A DNA stretch of 64,000 bases from Geosiphon pyriformis uo1 (taxonomy: Eukaryota; Fungi; Glomeromycota): positions 521,669-585,668 of the forward strand of contig JAAOMT010000503.1 of NCBI GenBank assembly GCA_016748015.1, read 5' to 3'. Position numbers and translations under genes: made by a program. The notes beneath the pieces are model-generated. The model ran no database searches and was not told the DNA's origin. It was given only the letters and a program-made list of their open reading frames with translations. Shown here piece after piece: positions 54,757 through 64,000 of the stretch (its first letter is position 1; every line of letters begins with the position of its first letter).

Positions 54757-55748
54757 TAAAAATTTTTATAGTTGAGTTTTTTGTATAAAAAATAAAGATT
54801 TAATATTAATAGCTTTTAATACTTTGTATTTTATTTTTTTGATATAATAACTAGTTTATCTTAATGTTTTTTGTTTTTTTGATAAGTTAATCTTATGCTT
54901 ATTTTACATTTTTTACCAAATTATTTGTAAGATTATAACTTAAAAACCAAATTTAAAATTTTATTTGAAAAAAGCTTTATATTTAAAAACTTTTTTTTTT
55001 CTTATTTTTATGATTACAATTAAAGCAAAGAGTAAAAAAGTTTTAAATATTACTTTTCCTATAGTAACTAATAAAGTTTCAACAAAAAAAGATTTTTCTA
55101 TTGTTAAAGCAGCTAAACAAAATATTCTAACAATGTTTTTTTTAAATATTAATAGTAAAAAGCTGTTTTTGACAGCTTTAAAAACAATTTTTTTGCCTTT
55201 GGCTAGTGGTTTTTTTTTTAATTTAAGTTTTTTTTAAGAGATACATTTAAGTTAATCTTAGTATTGTTTTTATTTTCTCTAAAAACCCAAAGATTTGTAA
55301 CAATAATTGAATTAACAAACTGATCTTTCTTATTTTTATTACTAATATTATTACTATTTTTACAGATTAGAATAACAAGCTAATAGATAGCAAAAAAGAA
55401 TAAGATTGTAGAATAATAGAATTAATCAAAGAAAGTTCAACTTTAAAGAATAAATTAAATAAATATAGATTCAATATATGAAATTAGTTTTATAAAATAT
55501 TTCAGTCACTATCTTTTCAAAAAATAACCAGAAAATTTAAAGATAAAAAAATAGTCTGTACTGTTAACAAATAATAATATACTGGTATAATTCTATGTTT
55601 TACATTAGTATTCTTAAAATTTAATATTAAGTATCAGATGTATTCTTTAGTTATGTTTTATTTAATAATCTTTAAATACTACAATTATATGAGTCAGAAA
55701 AAGAATAGGTAAATGCCAATAAATAATTTTTTATTTCAAGATATTTAG

Positions 55749-56707
55749 TATTACTGGAGGTTTTTGGTTTTTTTTTAAATGTTGCTAATATCTGTTCCTG
55801 TTAATTCATGTTTTCTAAAAGCTAGTAAACTTCTAATAACTGAATTTATCTTTAAATTATCTTTTATAATTTAAATTACTGGGCTTATAAGTAGAAAAGC
55901 CAATTTTATGTTAGTTGCTTTATATAGTTATATTATAAGAAATGTCAACTTTTTCTCAGAAATTGTTTATCTAAAAGTTTACTTAAAATATGTAGTTACT
56001 TTGTTGTAAAAGTTAACTTTTCTATAAAAATTGTGTTTGTAAACTATCTTAATGATTATAATAAAAAAAATAAAAAAAAATAAAAAAATGTAAAAGAAAT
56101 AGAATTTTTGTCAAGAGAATTGTTTTCTGTTTAAATTTAGAATCATTAACAGATTACTAAAATAAGTAGCTAGTCAATTTCAAAATGTTAGTTGAAATTT
56201 TGAAGAATGTTAAGTATAATTATTTAAAAAAATTGAATTTTCAAAGTATTTAATTTTTATTTGTTTTTTTGTAAAGATATGTGTAAGATAATTAATTTTA
56301 CTAAGATAATTCCGAATAAGATATATTTTCTTAATGAAAAAAACTCTTTTTTTATACAACTTATTGTAATACTAGTCTATAAATTTAAACTTTCTTTTTT
56401 GTTATAATTTCAATAAACTAAAGATACATTTTAATAAACTATTAACTATTTTAGTAAATTATCCATTATTTTGATAAATTTCTACAAATTTTGGTGAATT
56501 CTTAAATATTACATAGTTCAAGATATTATGTAATTTAATTATCTTAATTTCTATTGTACAAATTGGATTATTAGTTAACTAATAATATTCAATAATTTGA
56601 TTAAATAATAAGTGATAATTGAAACAATATTTAATATATGCTAGTTAATAATAGGAAATATAAAGGTAATTTTATGCTAATTAATAGCTAAAATTCTATT
56701 GATAATA
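55749..56707 (-). mobile_element. Full-length degenerate inverted copy of the 45218-46197 solo-LTR-like element
   Basis: Begins TATTACTGGAGG (reverse complement of CCTCCAGTAACA with one G>A) and is colinear along its length. Confidence 0.8.
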
Positions 56708-56854
56708 TCGAATACTTGAAGATAAAAAAAAAATAAGTAATAAGAGAAAAATTGAGATTATAGTTGTTATTTTATTTATTTTTGATTAATTGCTACATAA
56801 TACTTTTACAGTTAAAAAACTTATTACTTATATAGCTATAAAAAGTAGTTAATG

Positions 56855-56930
56855 ATTAGATCAATAATTAAGTTAATAATCAGATTAACAATTAGGTCAA
56901 TAATCAGATTATTAATCAGATCAATAATTA
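56855..56930. repeat. Degenerate 12-bp tandem repeat (AATCAGATCAAT-like, ~6 copies), probably NQVN-type low-complexity coding of a gag relic
   Basis: Periodicity read directly; the gag assignment is an inference. Confidence 0.5.
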
Positions 56931-58699
56931 CTATTTAAAAATAGAGTGGCCAATTATATAATATTAATAGGTAATATATATAATAATTAATAAAAACTAC
57001 AAGTTTCAATCATAATACTATTATTTTACAAATGACCAAAAAAATCAAAGAGTTAAAAAACAATAACAGTTACTTGAATCTACTATTATTATACCAAATA
57101 TTTTTGTAGTTTTAAATAAGATCTTGAATAAAATTTCTTTAACAAAAACCAGTTCTTTTCTTAATATAAATAACAACAATAATAGCATATATTTCAAAAT
57201 AAGTTAAGATTAACTACTAATTATATTGTTAAATATAATGTTTTCTAACAAATTATTATTAATTTTAAAGGCAAAATAACTTATTAAATTATCTAATTTT
57301 AAAAATTAAGCTGATTAAATGAAAACCAAATCAACTTTTGCTTTTTTGTTTTTGATATTGTCTCAAATAATGCTTGAAAAACAATTTTCAATTATCAAAA
57401 AATTTTTAAGTAAGTAGTTTTTACTTTAATACTTAATGCTATTTTCAAAATTAAATTAGTCTTAATTAATTTTTTGTTTTATTTATTGTTTGGTCAAACT
57501 TTTTTTTAGTTGTATTGTTTTTGAAATTAGTAATATGATTTTTTAGATTAATAACTATATCTGTTTTATTTTTCATTTTCTTAATTTGTATTATTGTTAA
57601 CATTTTATTATTGTTACTTTTAAGTCTTGTAAAATACTAAAGCTTATTATAATAAAAACTAGTATTCTGTACAAATATTGTATTTAGTGAAAAATTTTTG
57701 AATGTTGTCACTATTATAAATATTAAAGTTTGAACTATTTTTTTTACTAAATATAAGATTTTTTTTTTTAAATTGTTTTTTAGGTTTGTTGTTGGCTTCA
57801 AATTTTTTATGTTTTTTTCTATTAATCAAAAATCTTATACTAAAATTTTTGCTCTTTTGGCTTCTTTTTCTGTTGTTTTTTTGGTTGTTTCTGCTGTTTA
57901 TTCTGTTGTTAAGTCCAGATTAAATTTTTTGAAAACTTAAATTTCAAGTTTGGCTGTTTTAATAAAATTTGTTATTAAGTCTATTGATTTTTGGTTACTT
58001 TGGTTACCCTTTTTTAAATAAGCATATTGCTAAGACTTTTTAAATAAAAAAAATCTGTGCCATAAAATATACTGTTAATAATTTTTATAATTTTCTAATT
58101 AGTGTTTTTAAAGACATTATATGTTTCAAGTTTAAGATTAACTTTAGTAAAATAGACTATAATAGAATACTAGCTGTTAAGTCTTTTTTTTAAGTAAAAA
58201 TACTATTAAATAAGTTATTGCTTTATAATACATGTTAAATACTAAAACTTATAATAATATAGAATTAACTAGATTATTTTTTAATAAGTTTATTTTTGAT
58301 TTTAAAAATTTAAATAGTATTATTAAGAAAATTTATGGACTGAATTTACTTTTGGCTTCTTTTGTTTTAATATAATATTGTTTTAATTGGTTTAAGTTAC
58401 TAATTATATATAAAAAATACATAATTTATATCTAGTTTAGATTATTTAATTTGATATATTATATTAAATTGTATTTAAACTTTATTTGTTAAATATAAAA
58501 AAAAACATTAAATATGTAAACTTATAAAAAATAATTAAAAAAATATATTATAATATAATAATATACAAAAATATATAATTATATTTTATAATTTAATTAA
58601 AAATAATCTTATTTTAAATAATATATAATTTTAATAATTTTAATAAAAAAATATATTAATTAATTAAATAATTTTAAAAAATAAACAAAAAAATTTTGG

Positions 58700-61600
58700 A
58701 AAAAAACTTCTTTATCTCTTTTATCTTAAATTCCCAAAAAAGAGTTGAAAGTTTTTTTTGAAAGAAGTTTTTTACAATTCAGTATGATAAATTCAAACCT
58801 TTTTTTGATTTTGAGACTATGGTTGGCCCCAGTATTGCTGTCATGAAAGGAGTTGTTAAAGATTCTGGCTTTGGTGGAGATTTCAGGCCTGTTTTGCCAA
58901 GAAAAAAAAGGAAGGGTAATGCTTTGGAGAAGAATGTTGGAAACAAAGAAAGATCTGCTAAGGAGCCAAGTGGTCATTCATGAGGGTCTAAAACTGGTAA
59001 CACCACCAAGTCTGATAGTATTGACATGGAAAAAAAATGTTTGGTTAAGAAAACCAGTTTTAACTATAGTAAGAGTAGTGTTTTTGCTAATAGGAATCCT
59101 AATTAGACACTTAAGGAGCCAGGTATCAAGATTAAGAAAGCATTAGGCAAGCCATTAAGAAAGATAAATTTCACTAGTTATGGTGATATGAATGATGTTC
59201 TGTCAGATGGTTTTTTAGAACTTCCTCTTTCTTTGAAGAATTTGGTTAATGTCTCTGTTCAGAAGTCTTTTGCTTTAGATATTAGGCTGGATAAAGTGGC
59301 TGAGAAATCTTCTCAGGATAAATTTTCAGTGGTCAAAAAATTATTTTCAGAAATCAATAGTTTTGGGAGAGCCTCTACTCTTTCAAAATTTTCTGGAATC
59401 ATTTGTGTGACATTTACTTTCGAATTGGGTTTAATGAAAGCCACTGAAAAGACTACTGGTGCAAAGATCTTAGTAAATGCCAATCTCAAAAGATCTATTG
59501 GACATTCAGATTGGGCTGTGGTATTAAAAAAAATTCCAATTGGAACATCAGTAGAGACTGTGTGTATTGTATTATCCAAATATGGTGTGGTGGTGTTGAT
59601 CAAGATACAACTGGTGGGTTTATGGCAAAAAGCTGTAGTCAAATTTGGTAAGATTAAACAGACTAATTTGGTTATAATTTATTGGTCTTTCCTGATTGAG
59701 AAGAATGCTGTACATGTGGCCAGGGCTGATAAGGATAGAAAATCATAGGATGTAAGGAATCATCATAAGGCTTTGCTTTATACTCTATTAATGAGAATAA
59801 ACACTCATAACATCTGAGATTTTATTGGCTTCATTGATGGGAAAATATGTGCTATTGATTGACATCTGGTTATATATGTTTGAACCAGATGTGCCATTGT
59901 TTGTTTTGATTTAACTATATCCTTAGATGCTGCTATGTCTACTACTCCAGTTTTGAGAGGTGTAAATCTATGCTGGTCTCATTTGGGTTTTTGCTAAATA
60001 TGCTAAATATGAGAAAATAGGTCATACATTATTGGGCTGTTCTGTGAGTGGGAATTTTCTTACTGGGAGATCTTTTCATAGAACACTTTCAAACACAGAT
60101 AAAAGCAAGCTGGCTGCTATTTATGCCAAATGCTTGGCCCTTGTTGCTCATCTTATTGCCTTTGGTGGAATTTCTTGGGCAAAAATTGCTGGTGAATCTT
60201 TGTTTTCTCTTCCTCTTTTTGTGCATAATAATTTGGTTAATTCTGGCTCTTTTTTGGAGATGAGGCCTATTCTATCTGTTATATTTGATATTGAAAAAAG
60301 GTTCGCTGTTTTGGAGAGCAGTTTTACCAGTCTTGTAAGACAAATTAGTAAGTTGGCTAAGAGATTGGACCCACTCATGCTGGCAGTTTTCCAGCTTAGT
60401 CCTGGATGTCAGCTGCCAATGACCCCCCCATTACAGGATCAAGTGGGTAATGTAGTAATAGAAAAGGGTTCAGATAGGATTACAGATGGTAGAACTGCTG
60501 CGAATTTGGACTCTTCTGTCTTTCCCAAGATAAAAAGACTGGAAAACATATTAGAAGAGCTTTCTGCTTTAGTTCTAAGTCTGACAGCAAAATTTGATGG
60601 TTTGATTTTGGCTGGTAATGTATTTTTCAAACCCTCTTCTTAATGATTGGTCTAGTTTAAAAGTTTGCCACATGTAATGTAAGAAGATTGAACAATTCTG
60701 TGAAGCTAAACAATGTCATTTGTTGGCACAAAAACAAAAACAATTTGGTTTCTATTTTTACAAAATCAAAGTTAAAAGAGAAGATTTGCTCTTGAATTGT
60801 CAACAAATTTGATAGTGTTTGGGTGTTTACTTCTGGTTTGGAATTTGGTCATCTGGGTGCTAAGGTCATGGTCATCATGAATTTTTTGTTGGCGAAACAT
60901 GTGTACAGGGTTTCAGAAGTGCCTGGTTGGCTCCTGTCTATCAGGTTGCTTTTTAAGAATAAACTTTCAGTTTTAGTTTTGGAACTTTATGCTGATGCTT
61001 CTCAAGCAGTTCACTTTTCTCAGGCTGGTAAAATCAACTCTCTCATTGCAAAGGCTGTAAATAAATCTTCTTTTGTCATTCTTGGTGGTGACTTCAATAA
61101 AGATGATTTGCATAAAAGTGCAAGTTTCAAAAGGTGTCTTAATCTTGGTTTGGTTAATTTTTTGGCTGAGAGCACAGTGTTAAAAAAGCCTACTTGAGAA
61201 AACTCTAGAGACATCATGAAAACAATTGATTACATGTTGGTTTCTCCAAACTTGGCCAGCACAATAGTACATCATGACATTTTTGGAGTGGATGAGCATT
61301 TTGACACAAATCACCAGGTTGTTTCTGTGTCTATTGGTTTGGAAGGGCTTTTAAATATACAGTTAAACTTTTTTCATAAACAGGCAAATAGAAATCATTA
61401 GAAATTTGATTTCAAACATGCTGGGAAAGAGAAATGGAACAATTTTAAAAATGCTATATCAGCCAATACTGCAATGTTCTCAAGTGAATTTGCTGTCTCT
61501 GTAGTATTTTCAAATTTGGACACTATGTGGGATGTTGTTTGCAGAATAATAACTCTTTCAGCAAATGAAACATTAAAAAAAAAATGATTTAAGGGTTATG

Positions 61601-64000
61601 ATAAAGTTTTCACCAAAGAGTTTTTTAGATTTTATAGATTGAAGTTGTTGGTATCTAAGCTAATTAAGGCTTCCTGTCTGGTTTTTAATGTGGAATTTGT
61701 ATTTTTGTTGGATACATAGATTGAACTTGATGCTGTTAGTGTGTTGGTGGTAAACTCTTTATTTTTTTCAGGTTCCAATTTTGACATGATTCATTCTGCT
61801 CTGGCTAAGACAAAGAAATTTTACTGCTTCACTAAATTGCTGGAATCCAGGCATGCTGAGGAATCATGCATTAGAGCAACTGTTAATAAGAGGATAAAAA
61901 GTTTTAAGTCAGACAAGGAACATACCATCAGAAATGTTTTGGAGCATCCTTTTTACAAAGTGGTATTGGATCATCTGGTTGTAGAGAATGAGTTGGTATT
62001 GGAGCCCAGCCTAGTTAAGTTTGGTGTGGATGGAATCATAGAAGATTGGACCAGAAAGCACAGGGTGGTGTCTGATGTTTCAGATGACTGGTTACAACAA
62101 TACCAGTCTTTGGAGTATGTTTTTGATGGTGCCTTTCTGGATGTAATGTGTTTAGTTAATTTTGATGAGTTGCTTGGTGTGGTTTCTAATCTGCCTGAGG
62201 ACAAAGCTGCTGGTCTTTCTGGGATTTTGAATAAGCTTTAAAAGCATTGTGACAAGTCAATCTTGGATATGCTTTTGGTGCTTTTGAATTTTTGTCTAAT
62301 CTGTAAGTCAGTATTCAGTACTTAGAAGGAAGCTTGGGTCTTGATAATTTCCAAGCCATATGAATGGAAGAGAGTTCTTATAAACACCTGATCTATTGTC
62401 TTGATCAAAACTGCCCACAAGATCCTTTCTAAGATTCTTTTGGATAGGATTTCATCAGTCTGTAGCACTTATGATGTTTTGCATGAGGACAATTTTTTAG
62501 TTTTAAGAGGTACAACAACACAGTCTTCTATTTTTGCTATTGGTTCAGTTATTGAAAATGCTCTGGAGAAAGATCATGAACTCTGGTTGGTTTTGTAAAA
62601 CATGTAAAAGGCTTATGATTCTGTTGGATGGGAGCATCTTCGAAACAGTTTGGTTAGAATAAAAATGTGTAACAGATTCATTAGATTTTTTAATGATATT
62701 CATAATGATTGCATTAATAGGGTTATAACAGATTTTGGTTTGTTAGATAAGTACAAGATGCATGATGGCTTAAATTAAAGGGAGGTGTTCTTACTACTTC
62801 TTTGGTGTATATTTTATGATTCTCTTCTGTGGGAAGTCAAGAAACAAGTAAGTGGGTGTGGGTATAAGTTGAATTCTTACTTCATTTTTAGATGTGATCG
62901 TGCCAAATCTCAGACTAATCTCTCTTTTTTTTTTGCCACAGATGCTTTTGTTAATGATACTATATGGGTTGGCAGTAATCGAAGTGCTATGCAGCACAAT
63001 TTTAACATTGCTAGTGAATTTTTTGATATCAATAACATTGCAATTAATAATGACAAAACTGTGGCCATCCCTATGAATTGCCGAGTTATGAATTCCTCTC
63101 TGTTAATCAGTGGGTCACCAATTTCTGTTGCCAAGAAAGGGGAATCACATTACTATTTGGGTATCTTTTTGTTCACTGAGAGTCTTTCAAAGCCTAACTT
63201 GGCTAAGGCAAATTCTGATGTCCAGTTTTTTGCTAACTTTGTTCTAAAAAAGACGGTTTTTGATAAGCAGTTTATATATTTAGTTTCAGCAGTCCTCTAT
63301 CTTATTATTGGCTATAGAATACAATTTAGTTTTGTTCCTACCAGTGTATACAATAAGTAAAACATTTTGATTCATAAGAACTTAAAGTCTAAGTCTGGTT
63401 TGTCACATGACTTTCCCAATAATGCAATTTATCATCCTTCTCTGTATAATATGAAGACCTTTGAGCAAATTCAGACTGAAAGCAAAGTGGTCTCAGTTAT
63501 TTTTTTGCAAACTCTATTAGAATTTTGGGTAGGCTGTTTTCTCACCAGTCACATGATCTTCAGGTTCTTTGCTAGTGTCCACTTCACTTTTTGCAATACC
63601 CAGTTTGTGTCAAGATCAACTCTTTGGATAATTTTTTAGCAGGTATGGTGCATATTTTCTCTGGAAGTGAATTAACTTTGAGTGGCTCTCTGGCCAGTGT
63701 TTTTTGTTATTGTGACAGAACCCCTATGTTTCTTGTTCTCAGTAAATCAAATTATCTTAAGTATGTCTCTTCACTTTGGTGTTATGGAATTGCTTTTGTA
63801 GACCAACTTTGTAACTAGAGTAGAGCTATTTTCAATTAGAAGACCTTCAAACAATAAAAGCAGTTGGACTCATGTGGTCCAGTTCCTATCTGGTTTGAGC
63901 TTTCTGTTCAGTTTCTTGATAGTGCATCTTCTCGGTCTGTCTGTTCCTCACTTTTGGACAATTGTGGCTCTTTGAATATTCTTCAGTCTAGTAAGTTTAG
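58700..64000 (+). mobile_element. L1-like LINE, decayed (copy D); runs off the window end; ORF1 ~58843-60646, ORF2 from 60643
   Basis: 5' UTR and ORF1 match copy A. WQKAVVKF, GGDFNK, IDYMLVS, DTNH and FVNDTIW motifs; many stops. Confidence 0.92.

Larger units (their letters stand above)
54950..58506 (+). mobile_element. Non-autonomous ORF1-only LINE derivative (HAL1-like, copy F), hypermutated; interrupted at ~55400-57250 by LTR-element debris
   Basis: 5' ORF start MITIKAKSKK at ~55010. Degenerate ORF1-like RRM and knuckle at ~57480-57760. The ORF remnant runs to ~58370 and is followed directly by the LINE-type 3' UTR (58372-58495) and poly(A). No ORF2 motifs seen. Confidence 0.6.

Overview
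Eukaryotic fungal nuclear DNA. Intron style, gene set and repeat families suggest an early-diverging Mucoromycota/Glomeromycotina genome; this is an inference. Five intron-containing housekeeping genes lie in small CpG-containing islands: an arrestin-fold protein, RSM25/mS23, cystathionine gamma-lyase, ATE1 and NCS2/CTU2. The islands are separated by large nested transposon blocks. These blocks hold four long decayed copies of an RNase H-bearing L1-like LINE, an older hypermutated copy, an ORF1-only (HAL1-like) derivative with the same 3' UTR, a Ty3/Gypsy relic, and several TGTTAC...GTAACA solo-LTR-like insertions with 4-bp TSDs. The repeats show pervasive C>T/G>A decay, extreme in the oldest copies. 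The most notable item is a disrupted Fanzor (eukaryotic TnpB-type RNA-guided nuclease) gene at ~51.8-53.1 kb, tail-to-tail with NCS2. It has a probable intron, kept its CpGs, and is preceded by a structured ~154-bp tandem duplication carrying iterated CGAAAAG motifs.
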